Program-made: the position numbers and the translations under genes
In this document: positions 10,315 through 19,036 of the stretch, piece after piece
Layout of the letters: every line of letters begins with the position of its first letter
How positions within the stretch are numbered: position 1 is the stretch's first letter
The notes under the pieces: generated by a model
What the model saw: the letters and a program-made list of their open reading frames with translations, nothing else
What the model was told of the DNA's origin: nothing
Databases searched by the model: none
Assembly (NCBI GenBank): GCA_043826565.1
Contig: JBDRPX010000007.1
Coordinates: forward strand, 9,412 to 73,411
Reading direction: 5' to 3'
Length of the DNA: 64,000 bases
Origin: Candidatus Omnitrophota bacterium
Lineage (GTDB): Bacteria; Omnitrophota; Gorgyraeia; B26-G9

Positions 10315-10629
10315 GTGCCGAGGCCATGTAGGGCAAGAATAATTTGTTGTAATCCTGGGTCTGATTATTTTAAGCCCAGAGGAATACCTATGTCAAAATT
10401 AGAAGAAGTTATCTTAAATATAGACGAGCTTGAGGCGATAAGGCTTGCGGATTTAGAGAGTTTATATCAGGAAGATGCCGCTAAAAAAATGAATATTTCC
10501 CGGCAGACTTTTGGGAATATTATTAATTCTGCGCATAAAAAAATAGCAGATGCTTTGCTAAATGCAAAAGCATTAAAAATTAAAGGAGGAAAGAAAGATG
10601 AAGATATGTATTCCAACGGAAAACAATGA
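10315..10629 (+). CDS. DUF134 (UPF0251) predicted DNA-binding protein
   Basis: N-terminus (M)PRPCRARIICCNPGSDYFKPRGIP matches the DUF134 MPRPRKCRR...YFKPRGIP signature. GTG start with AAGGAGG 6 nt upstream, whereas in-frame ATG 10288 has no SD and sits at the predicted transcription start. C-terminal sigma70-region-4-like helix-turn-helix. Confidence 0.6.
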   Translation: MPRPCRARIICCNPGSDYFKPRGIPMSKLEEVILNIDELEAIRLADLESLYQEDAAKKMNISRQTFGNIINSAHKKIADALLNAKALKIKGGKKDEDMYSNGKQ

Positions 10630-10963
10630 AGGATTAAAATCTAATGTTTTCGCGCACTTCGGCAGTGCTCCGTATTTTTTTATCTTTGATGAAACAGATG
10701 AAAATTTTGAGATTATCAATAATGCTAATGCCCATCACGCGCATGGAATGTGTCAGCCATTAAGTCAAATAAGCGGTAAAAATATTAATGTGGTTGTTTG
10801 CGGAGGAATTGGTGCTCGTGCTATACAAAAACTTAATAACGAGGGAATTAAAGCCTATCAGGCAAGCTGTGGAACTGTCGCGGAAATAATCAAAGAATTT
10901 AAAGAAAACAAATTAGAAGAGATCACGGTTAATAACGCTTGTGCTGACCATGGATGCCATTAG
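10598..10963 (+). CDS. NifX/NifB-like dinitrogenase FeMo-cofactor-binding family protein (DUF134 partner)
   Basis: MKICIPTE...HFGSAPYFFIFD...VVVCGGIGARAIQKL is the Nitro_FeMo-Co fold. C-terminal CADHGCH. AAGGAGG SD. Overlaps the DUF134 gene by 32 nt. Confidence 0.7.
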   Translation: MKICIPTENNEGLKSNVFAHFGSAPYFFIFDETDENFEIINNANAHHAHGMCQPLSQISGKNINVVVCGGIGARAIQKLNNEGIKAYQASCGTVAEIIKEFKENKLEEITVNNACADHGCH

Positions 10964-11046
10964 TTGTATATTGTCATAAATTTTTCTATTGTCTTAGCTC
11001 GGTCCTGGTATTAAAATGTACATATATAACTATTACCGGAGGCTGT

Positions 11047-11565
11047 ATGAAAAAACGCACGAATAAAAAATCTACGCTGAGTAAACGCGTAAAGACTAAA
11101 TCTTCTTCAATTGCTAAGGCTGCGGATCAGGATATTATCGGGCTTCTTACCGTATTGGTCCAGAAGCTTACCTCTTTTGAAGCAAAACTGGATATGGTTC
11201 TTAGCCGTATCCCGCCGCAGCCTATTACTGTGCCTAAGCCGCAGCCGGTGATTGTCCCTTCCCCTAAACAGGGCCGGGACAACAGGCCGATGCATAAAGC
11301 AGTCTGTGCGGATTGCCGCAGGGATTGTGAAGTTCCGTTTAAGCCGCGGGAAGACCGTCAGGTATATTGCAAAGAGTGCTTTACAAAACGCAAGAATAAT
11401 AAAAGTATTTTTAAGCCGAGAGAAAGTGACAAACCCAAAGAAACAGTGCCGGTAAATACCGCGCCTGCGGTAAAGCCAAAAGCGGTCAAGCCCGCGAAAG
11501 CTCCTAAGAAATCTCCCCCAAAGAAGAAGCCGGCGGTAAAGAAAAAGAAAACCAGCCGAAAATAA
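11047..11565 (+). CDS. zinc-ribbon protein with C-terminal Lys/Pro/Ala-rich histone-H1-like tail
   Basis: Motif CADCRRDCEVPFKPREDRQVYCKECF shared with two other small proteins in the window, followed by KPKAVKPAKAPKKSPPKKKPAVKKKK. GGAGG SD 4 nt before the ATG. Confidence 0.5.
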   Translation: MKKRTNKKSTLSKRVKTKSSSIAKAADQDIIGLLTVLVQKLTSFEAKLDMVLSRIPPQPITVPKPQPVIVPSPKQGRDNRPMHKAVCADCRRDCEVPFKPREDRQVYCKECFTKRKNNKSIFKPRESDKPKETVPVNTAPAVKPKAVKPAKAPKKSPPKKKPAVKKKKTSRK

Positions 11566-11604
11566 GGGAACTGCGCAATAAAAGTTAGGATGACTTTGGT
11601 CTCC

Positions 11605-12639
11605 CTAAATTATTTTTCCGGTTACGGTTATTTCCTGGCGGTCATGGTAGAGCTGGCGGATTTTAAGTACTGAGCAATAGCCAATTAATCCAGTATCAGG
11701 ATCGTTAATCTTTTTAATGATTGCCAGAGGGTCGCAGCGGCCTATTTTTAGATTTACGATAAATTTTTGACACCAGCCGTGTTTTAGCCATCGGTGGACC
11801 ACTTGCAGAATAATCTCCGGTTGTTCGATAATATCACAAAATAACCAATCAATATTTAACTTATTCCCAGGAGTAAATTTTAAAGCATCTTGTTTTAAAT
11901 GGGTAATATTGGGGTGGTTGGCGATTGCTTTGTTCATCCGGGCATTGTCAATAGCGATTACTTTTGCTTTGCGTTTAAGGGCGCTGTAAGTCCAGCCGCC
12001 CGGAGCCGCACCCAAGTCAACTACTTGCTCGTTTGCTTGAGGCTGGCAATTAAGAAGAATGTAGGCTTCTTCGGCTTTAAGATAAGAACGTGAGGGCGCA
12101 TTTTTATCCATATGCATGCGAAGGCATGGGCCGATAATCGCAGAGCCAGCTATAAAGGCCTGATTAAAATCAGAGAAATAGGTAAAAAATCCTTCGATAG
12201 GCTTTGAAGAAAGAGGAGCTGGTTTTTTTAAAAGTTTCCCTACGCGTGACATTTTTTTACTGATTTTATTGCGCCAGGTAGATTCAACTAATTTGGCTCG
12301 GGGAGATAAGCTTTCTATGTCAGCATGTAAAAATAAAGTTAGCAAGTTATTTTCAATGTGTTTTCCTTTCATTGAGTCTAAAAAAAAATCAGCCAGCTTT
12401 CCGGCAAATTCATTCACTGAAGAAGCATTGATTTTAATGGGGTTTATTAATATGGTTTGAGCAAAACATAACTGTGTTTCCCGCTCCGCAATATTTTGAT
12501 TTAGCAAGGCCTCGCAGGAGGCGGGGGATTGGGCGAGAATCCAGCAATTACCACTTTCTTTGATTGAGTAATTATGTAAGAGAAGTTCTCGAGTGAGAAT
12601 AGTCTCGTAATTTGGTTTGCAGGTTATAAGTAAATCCAT
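11605..12639 (-). CDS. RlmM-like 23S rRNA 2'-O-ribose methyltransferase (THUMP-like plus FtsJ-like MTase)
   Basis: VVDLGAAPGGWTY...DNA..., HLKQDALKF...WLFCDIIE matches the FtsJ/RlmM SAM-binding core. Length matches RlmM. Confidence 0.6.
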   Translation of the reverse strand: MDLLITCKPNYETILTRELLLHNYSIKESGNCWILAQSPASCEALLNQNIAERETQLCFAQTILINPIKINASSVNEFAGKLADFFLDSMKGKHIENNLLTLFLHADIESLSPRAKLVESTWRNKISKKMSRVGKLLKKPAPLSSKPIEGFFTYFSDFNQAFIAGSAIIGPCLRMHMDKNAPSRSYLKAEEAYILLNCQPQANEQVVDLGAAPGGWTYSALKRKAKVIAIDNARMNKAIANHPNITHLKQDALKFTPGNKLNIDWLFCDIIEQPEIILQVVHRWLKHGWCQKFIVNLKIGRCDPLAIIKKINDPDTGLIGYCSVLKIRQLYHDRQEITVTGKII

Positions 12640-12823
12640 CCTATTTTCTCCGGGTTAATAAGTGATATATTATCACAAACCTCCTTTTTTTAATAGGGCC
12701 AGACGGAACTTCCTTTTTTGTTCCTGCGGAAAAGGAAGGACTTTATTTTTGTTTATGCCTGATATATAATATGATATCTTTAAATAATAATCAGATTGTT
12801 TAAACGAAAAAAGGAGAATAGTG

Positions 12824-13105
12824 ATGATCAAGGTTAATGAATATTTTGAAGGAAAAGTAAAATCATTTGTGCTTAACTGCGAAGAAGGGAAAAAGACAGT
12901 TGGCGTTATGGAAGCGGGAGAGTATGAATTTGATACAGACACCAAAGAGATTATGACGATTGTCGAAGGAAAGATCTCCGTATATTTTCCCGAGTATGAC
13001 GAATGGGAAGAGTTTGATAAAGGCTGTTCATTTGACGTTGCCGCGAAATCAAAATTAAAGGTAAAAGTCGAACAGGATACAGCGTATATTTGTGAATATG
13101 AATAA
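12824..13105 (+). CDS. ppnP: pyrimidine/purine nucleoside phosphorylase PpnP (DUF1255/YaiE)
   Basis: MIKVNEYFEGKVKS...GVMEAGEYEFDTDTKEIMTIVEG, full-length match to the YaiE family. AAGGAG SD. Confidence 0.8.
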   Translation: MIKVNEYFEGKVKSFVLNCEEGKKTVGVMEAGEYEFDTDTKEIMTIVEGKISVYFPEYDEWEEFDKGCSFDVAAKSKLKVKVEQDTAYICEYE

Positions 13106-13185
13106 TCTCCAGGCTTAACCAAGATCTGACTTCACTATCCCGCCTTATATAATGTTGAATAATTGTCGCAATCATAGGATATGAG

Positions 13186-13214
13186 TTGACATATATAATT
13201 ATATGTCTTAAGAT
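13186..13214 (+). promoter_or_regulatory. putative promoter TTGACA-N17-TAAGAT with a 20-bp perfect palindrome in the spacer
   Basis: -35 TTGACA at 13186-13191. The palindrome gacatata-taat-tatatgtc (13188-13207) overlaps the spacer, consistent with an operator site. Lies 60 nt upstream of the regulator gene. Confidence 0.4.
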
Positions 13215-13273
13215 GTCATAGTGATTGGTTAATCAAAAATATAACAAAGAAAATAAAAAGAGTGGAGACCCAA

Positions 13274-13951
13274 ATGCAATTGAGCGTAAAAGAGTTATCC
13301 AAACTATTAAATGTTACGGAGAGGACTGTCTATCGATGGATTAAGCAACAAAGCATTCCTTATTATAGGATACATGATCAATATCGGTTCAATAGAATAG
13401 AGATATTGGATTGGGCGACGGCACATAAATTGAATGTTTCTCAGGGGTTGCTGCATGATTCTGGTGATAATAATGTCGAAGAGCTTTCCTTGTCGGAGAC
13501 GATCAAAAGAGGCGGGATCTATTATCGTGTCGAAGGAAAAGATAAGAAGATACTGCTAAGTGCGGTTATTAACCTTTTAAATTTGCCGGATGATGTCAAA
13601 AAACAAGATCTCTTAGATGCGATGCTTATAAGGGAGGAATTAGGTTCAACCGGATTTGGCGATGGCATTGCCATCCCTCATGCGCGCTATCCCGTTGTTA
13701 CCCATATCCCTCACGTGCTTGCTTCAATCTGCTTTTTGGAAAAACCAGTTGATTATGGCGCGATAGACGGGAAACCAGTTCATTGTCTATTTACGTTAAT
13801 AAGTCCGACGGTTAGAAGTCATCTAAAAATGATTTCACGGATCGCTCATGCTTTAAGAAATCCGCGCGTAAAAGAGGCTCTTGAGAATCAAGCTTCCCGA
13901 GAGATCATTTTAAGAGAAATTGAAAAAAACGAACAACCCTTAGGCAAATAA
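13274..13951 (+). CDS. transcriptional regulator: excisionase/MerR-type HTH_17 domain fused to PTS EIIA(Ntr)-type domain
   Basis: N-terminus LSVKELSKLLNVTERTVYRWIKQQSIPYYRI is the HTH_17 motif. C-terminus GDGIAIPHARYP...HCLFTLISP is the PTS_EIIA_2 signature with the phosphorylatable His. GGAG SD 6 nt before ATG 13274 (alternative GTG 13262). Confidence 0.7.
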   Translation: MQLSVKELSKLLNVTERTVYRWIKQQSIPYYRIHDQYRFNRIEILDWATAHKLNVSQGLLHDSGDNNVEELSLSETIKRGGIYYRVEGKDKKILLSAVINLLNLPDDVKKQDLLDAMLIREELGSTGFGDGIAIPHARYPVVTHIPHVLASICFLEKPVDYGAIDGKPVHCLFTLISPTVRSHLKMISRIAHALRNPRVKEALENQASREIILREIEKNEQPLGK

Positions 13952-13978
13952 GTTAAAAATTAAGGAAACAAGAATTAC

Positions 13979-15955
13979 ATGAACGTTATTTTTTATTCAT
14001 TAGCTATATTAGTCCTCACCGGATCGTTCGCGTTATGCTTAAATCGTTTTGATAAGCTGTCTAATTTTATTGGGGCTGTGGGGACTAGTATCGCATGCGT
14101 TGTAGGTTTAATCTCTCTTTTTGTTGTTCATCATAATCCCGATTCCGCAGTGGTAAGTTTTTTCTGGAAAATTCCTTATGGCTCATTTTCGGCCGCGATT
14201 GATTCTTTGGGAATATTGTTTTTATTTCCTATTTTTATTTTATCAGGCCTAGCTGCTTTATACGGGTTAGAGTATTTACAACATTATTATGGAAAGAAAA
14301 ATATCGGCAGTGCGTGGTTTTTCTTTAATCTTCTTGTTGCCAGCATGGTTTTAGTTGTGATCGCGCGCAATGCTATTCTTTTTTTGGTAGCATGGGAGAT
14401 GATGTCGGTCAGTTCTTTTTTCCTGGTATTGTTTGAAGGTGAAAAAAAAGAAACCGCTCGGGCCGGGCTGATTTATTTGATCGCAACGCATATTGGAACA
14501 TTATTTTTACTGGTCATGTTTGTATTATTAAGCCGGAACAGCGGCTCATTTGATTTCGATGGATGGAAAATAACAGCATCCGGGTTTATGCCTTCTATAA
14601 TTTTTCTGTGCGCGTTGATCGGATTTGGGACAAAAGCAGGATTTATGCCATTGCATATTTGGCTGCCGGAAGCACATCCCGCGGCGCCAAGCCATGTTTC
14701 AGCGGTTATGTCCGGGGTAATGATCAAGACAGGTATTTATGGCTTGGTCAGAATTATAACTTTTTTAGGAGTGCCGTGTGCTTGGTGGGGGTATTTGCTT
14801 ATTGGCATTGGAATGGTATCAGGGCTTTTAGGAGTTTTGTTCGCTCTAGCTCAACATGATTTCAAAAGACTTTTGGCTTATTCTAGTATAGAAAATATCG
14901 GCATCATCGCTATGGGAATAGGCCTGGGCGTGTTGGGGATGAGTTTGAATAACCCTATTTTAATAGTTATGGGCTTTGCCGGCGGGTTATTGCATGTTGT
15001 TAACCACGCGTTTTTTAAGGGGCTTCTTTTCTTGGGGGCAGGTGCTCTTTACCAGCAAACCGGTACGCGGGAAATAGATGTACTGGGAGGATTACTTAAA
15101 AAGATGCCGATAACCGGGTTTTGTTTTCTTATTGGCGCGGCTGCAATTTGCGGACTGCCGCCATTAAATGGATTTATCAGTGAGTTTCTGCTTTATTTTG
15201 CTTCCTTTAAGGGGATATTAGGCTCAACATCAACAGTTGTTGTTTCTCTGGGTATAATGGCATTTTTAGCTTTGATTGGCGGGTTGTCCGTAGCTTGTTT
15301 TACCAAAGCATTCGGGATTATTTTTTTAGGCGAACCAAGAAGTGATTATTGTCAAAAAGCACGGGAACCGGGAATTCTTATGAGGAGTTCCATGCTAGTT
15401 CTTGCCGCTTGCTGTGTTTTTGTAGGATTGGGCTCGCCTTTTGTTATGGGCTTTTTTGGAAGAGTCATCGTTGATGTGACTGGGGCCCCATTTAGTATGT
15501 TCAAGACGACGCTATTTGAAGTTAAACATACGTTAATATATATTGTTATCGCGTTATTGTTTTTTTACATTGTTATTTTGTTGATAATCGCGTTACGCCG
15601 CGCGCTTCTTAACGGAAGGAGCATAGAGCGTGTTCTCACATGGGATTGTGGGTATGCCAAGCCTGACCCCCGCATGCAGTATACCGCGTCGTCGTTTGCC
15701 CAGCCGCTTGTAGATTTTTTTAAAGGCATTTTGAGAACCAAGAAATATACGACTAAAATAACGGAATATTTTCCTGACAGTTCGTCTTTTGAAACAGAAA
15801 CCCCTGATTTGTTTAGTGAAACTGTTTTTCATCCCATCCTTAAATTAATTCATCATTTAGCCGAGAAATTAACCTGGCTTCAGCATGGAAAATTACAGTT
15901 TTATATTTTATATATTTTGTTCACCCTTATAGCACTTTTTATTTGGAAATTATAA
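13979..15955 (+). CDS. HyfB/HycC-like (NuoL/Mrp antiporter-type) membrane subunit of Ehr/Hyf-like complex
   Basis: Conserved GFMPLHIWLPEAHPAAPSHVSAVMSGVMIKTGIYG proton-pump motif. About 16 TM segments. Confidence 0.8.
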   Translation: MNVIFYSLAILVLTGSFALCLNRFDKLSNFIGAVGTSIACVVGLISLFVVHHNPDSAVVSFFWKIPYGSFSAAIDSLGILFLFPIFILSGLAALYGLEYLQHYYGKKNIGSAWFFFNLLVASMVLVVIARNAILFLVAWEMMSVSSFFLVLFEGEKKETARAGLIYLIATHIGTLFLLVMFVLLSRNSGSFDFDGWKITASGFMPSIIFLCALIGFGTKAGFMPLHIWLPEAHPAAPSHVSAVMSGVMIKTGIYGLVRIITFLGVPCAWWGYLLIGIGMVSGLLGVLFALAQHDFKRLLAYSSIENIGIIAMGIGLGVLGMSLNNPILIVMGFAGGLLHVVNHAFFKGLLFLGAGALYQQTGTREIDVLGGLLKKMPITGFCFLIGAAAICGLPPLNGFISEFLLYFASFKGILGSTSTVVVSLGIMAFLALIGGLSVACFTKAFGIIFLGEPRSDYCQKAREPGILMRSSMLVLAACCVFVGLGSPFVMGFFGRVIVDVTGAPFSMFKTTLFEVKHTLIYIVIALLFFYIVILLIIALRRALLNGRSIERVLTWDCGYAKPDPRMQYTASSFAQPLVDFFKGILRTKKYTTKITEYFPDSSSFETETPDLFSETVFHPILKLIHHLAEKLTWLQHGKLQFYILYILFTLIALFIWKL

Positions 15956-15957
15956 AA

Positions 15958-16866
15958 ATGTATACAAAAATAGCACAGTTTATTTTAGTCTTACTATTAT
16001 CACCATTTCTCTTCGGCGTGATTAACCGGACAAAGGCTTTTTTCGCCGGGCGCAAGGGAAGTCCTCTATTGCAATTATATTATGATATTTTTAAGTTGCT
16101 TCAAAAAGGAGCGGTGTATAGCAGGACAACGACATGGATATTTATTGCGGGGCCGATCATTAGTTTAAGCGCGATCATCATTGCTTCTATGTTGATCCCG
16201 TTCCCCGGGCAGTTTTCGTTAATATCGTTTAACGGTGACCTCATCCTGTTTATTTATTTGCTGGGAGTCGCGCGTTTTTTTACTGTTCTTGCGGCCCTTG
16301 ATACAGGTTCGAGTTTTGAAGGGATGGGGGCAAGCCGTGAGGTTCAGTTTGCCATGTTTGCTGAGCCGGCATTATTTTTAAGTTTAGCAGCTTTAGCCCG
16401 GGTTACAGGAGAAATTTCTCTTTCAGGAATATTTCAAAATCCCCTTATGCATTCCTGGATGACACATGGCCCATTGATTTTTTTAGTTTTAGGGGCGATC
16501 TTTATTGTTTTTATGGCTGAGAATTCCCGCATTCCTGTGGATGATCCTAATACTCATTTGGAATTAACGATGATTCATGAAGCCATGGTTTTGGATCATG
16601 GAGGGGTTGACTTGGCGTATATCCTTTATGGAGCCGCGATTAAATTTTGGCTTTTGGGAACATTATTGATGGGGGCATTTTTCAGCGTATATTCTCATGG
16701 GTGGGCGATTGATAGCGGTATTTTTATTTTAGGAATGATTTTTCTTTCCGTTATTGTCGGAGCCGCCGAATCGATTCTTGCGCGATTGCGTTTGTTAAAA
16801 GTTCCGCATTTTTTAATCATCGCGTTAGCGCTCGCGATTGTGGCATTAATATTAACAATGAGGTAA
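15958..16866 (+). CDS. HycD/HyfC-like (NuoH-type) membrane subunit
   Basis: Aligns from MYTK... with the E. coli HycD N-terminus (GRKGSPLLQLYYDIFKLL vs RRGPGVLQEYRDIIKLL). ATG 15958 preferred over in-frame TTG 15943. Confidence 0.8.
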   Translation: MYTKIAQFILVLLLSPFLFGVINRTKAFFAGRKGSPLLQLYYDIFKLLQKGAVYSRTTTWIFIAGPIISLSAIIIASMLIPFPGQFSLISFNGDLILFIYLLGVARFFTVLAALDTGSSFEGMGASREVQFAMFAEPALFLSLAALARVTGEISLSGIFQNPLMHSWMTHGPLIFLVLGAIFIVFMAENSRIPVDDPNTHLELTMIHEAMVLDHGGVDLAYILYGAAIKFWLLGTLLMGAFFSVYSHGWAIDSGIFILGMIFLSVIVGAAESILARLRLLKVPHFLIIALALAIVALILTMR

Positions 16867-16869
16867 TTA

Positions 16870-17553
16870 ATGAATACTTCGACTATGCTCAGTACAAGTA
16901 TGTGGGTTGACTTTATTGCTGTTGCTGTTCTGCTTATGAATTTGATGATGCTCTCATCCAGCCGCATAAGAACATGTATCAGAATAGTTGCCGCTCAAGG
17001 GATTCTGATAGGATTGATGCCGATCATAAATGAGTATCCTGTAATTGCTCTGGGAACTATTGCATCTTCATCTCTGAGCATTGTTTTAAAAGGCGTGGTA
17101 TTTCCCTGGCTATTATTTCGAGCCTTACAGGAAGCTAATATAAGAAAAGAAGTTGAGCCGGTTGGCGGATATCCGCTTTCGTTATTGATGGGTGTGGTTA
17201 TATTTGCCATGTCTTTTTGGTTAAGCGCGCGGTTATTGTATACGAACACGCCTGTTTCACCGCTGGTCGCGCCGGTTTCTTTCGCGACATTTTTTACCGG
17301 AGTATTTGTCATTGTCAGTCGAATGAAAGCAATAACCCAAGTCATTGGATATTTGATATTAGAAAATGGTATTTATTTTTTCGGTTCTGCTTTTTTAGGG
17401 GAGCAAACTGTATTGGTTGAGTTAGCGATCTTGTTGGATATTTTTGCGGCCGTGTTTGTTATGGGGATAGCCATATTCCATATAAGCCGGGAGTTTGATC
17501 ATATTGATACTGAAAAATTATCAGAGCTTAAAGATTTAATAACGGAAAAATAG
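16870..17553 (+). CDS. HyfE-like small membrane subunit
   Basis: Hydrophobic protein of about 227 aa between the NuoH-like and NuoN-like genes, as in hyf operons. Confidence 0.65.
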   Translation: MNTSTMLSTSMWVDFIAVAVLLMNLMMLSSSRIRTCIRIVAAQGILIGLMPIINEYPVIALGTIASSSLSIVLKGVVFPWLLFRALQEANIRKEVEPVGGYPLSLLMGVVIFAMSFWLSARLLYTNTPVSPLVAPVSFATFFTGVFVIVSRMKAITQVIGYLILENGIYFFGSAFLGEQTVLVELAILLDIFAAVFVMGIAIFHISREFDHIDTEKLSELKDLITEK

Positions 17554-17563
17554 GAATTATACA

Positions 17564-19036
17564 ATGGTCAGTATATTATTAATTATAATCCCGTTTTTAT
17601 TAGGGCTGGTTTGTTTTTTCACCCGGAATGATTTTTTTCGTCGGGGACTAATTGTTTTCGGCGCGGGAATCCATTTTAGTCTGACTTGTTTGGCGTGGGT
17701 TAAACAAACGAGCGCATTTTCGGGTGAGTGGTTTGCTTTTGATAATATTAGCATTTTGTTTTTAACGATAACCAGCGTTTTATTCTTAGGGGGGGCAGTT
17801 TATTGTGTCCAGTATTTATCGGATGAAAGTCGTCAACATGAAAATGTGAAGAATAAACGCAAGCGTTTCACTAATGAGGCTGTTTTCAGCGGCTGCTTCT
17901 TATTATTTCTATCAACGATGACCCTGGTTATCGCGAGTCAGCACTTAGCTGTGCTATGGGTTGGCATTGAAGCAACAACGTTGGCAAGCGCGCCTTTAAT
18001 ATATTTTCATCGTACGAAACGGTCATTAGAAGCAACATGGAAATATCTTTTGATTTGCTCTGTGGGTATTGCTATTGCTTTGCTGGGAATCTTTTTCCTG
18101 GCTGTTGCGAATAATAATCAGCAAGAACTATTTTTAATTAAAATGATCGGAAATGCAGGACAGATAAATACCCCGTGGCTAAAGGCTTCCTTTTTGCTTT
18201 TGTTTGTTGGATATGGGACTAAAATGGGCCTTGCGCCTTTTCATACATGGCTGCCTGATGCTCATAGCGAGGCACCGTCTGTTGTTTCCGCGCTTTTATC
18301 AGGGGCATTGCTTAATTGCGCTTTTTTGGGGATTTTACGGGTCTATCAAATTTGTATTGCCGCAGGCTTGCAGGCATATTGCCAGGAGATATTTATTGTC
18401 TTTGGCCTTTTATCTGTTTTATTTGCCGCGGTTTTTATTTTGGGGCAAACGGATTATAAAAGGATGCTGGCATATTCAAGCGTTGAACACATGGGAATAA
18501 TAACATTGGGCCTGGGGTTAGGCGGTGGTGCAGTATTGGGATCAATGATTAATATGCTCGGACATTCTTTAACCAAGGCAGGATTGTTTTTCATTGCGGG
18601 TAATATCCTGTCTTATTTCAGAACAAAGAAAATATCAGATATCCATGGGCTTATCGCTGAAAAAATGCGCAGGTCTGGAGTTTTTTGGTTAGTTGGTTTT
18701 TTGTTGATAACAGGAACTCCGCCATCAGGTATCTTTTTGGGGAAATTTATCATTTTAAAAGAAGCTTTGCTGCAAGGGCATTATTGGATCACATTTATTT
18801 TTTTAGCTGCTTTAGCAATTGTTTTTATCGGCATGGCACGAATATTTATTTTGATGACGCAGGGAAAAGTTTCAACGGAAGACGACAGTAAGCATGATCT
18901 ATATAACGGTGATTCTGTCTGGCGTACATTAGTTCCAGGATTGTTTTTCGTCCTGGTGATATGTATCGGAATATATTTGCCTGCTTGGTTGAGTCGTGCC
19001 TTAGAGGCAGCCGCTAAAGGATTGGGGGGATTATGA
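17564..19036 (+). CDS. HyfF-like (NuoN/NuoM-type) antiporter-like membrane subunit
   Basis: GLAPFHTWLPDAHSEAPSVVSALLSGALLN motif. 13-14 TM segments. Confidence 0.8.
   Translation: MVSILLIIIPFLLGLVCFFTRNDFFRRGLIVFGAGIHFSLTCLAWVKQTSAFSGEWFAFDNISILFLTITSVLFLGGAVYCVQYLSDESRQHENVKNKRKRFTNEAVFSGCFLLFLSTMTLVIASQHLAVLWVGIEATTLASAPLIYFHRTKRSLEATWKYLLICSVGIAIALLGIFFLAVANNNQQELFLIKMIGNAGQINTPWLKASFLLLFVGYGTKMGLAPFHTWLPDAHSEAPSVVSALLSGALLNCAFLGILRVYQICIAAGLQAYCQEIFIVFGLLSVLFAAVFILGQTDYKRMLAYSSVEHMGIITLGLGLGGGAVLGSMINMLGHSLTKAGLFFIAGNILSYFRTKKISDIHGLIAEKMRRSGVFWLVGFLLITGTPPSGIFLGKFIILKEALLQGHYWITFIFLAALAIVFIGMARIFILMTQGKVSTEDDSKHDLYNGDSVWRTLVPGLFFVLVICIGIYLPAWLSRALEAAAKGLGGL

Noticed and set aside
12673-13175. 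Minus-strand ORFs (149 aa and 74 aa) overlapping ppnP
   Set aside because: Low-complexity S/T/F-rich translation antisense to a strongly conserved PpnP frame.
14473-14859. ORFs 14473..14727 (-) and 14563..14859 (+) inside the NuoL-like gene
   Set aside because: Shadow or alternate-frame ORFs fully embedded in a well-supported membrane-subunit gene. No SD and no motifs.
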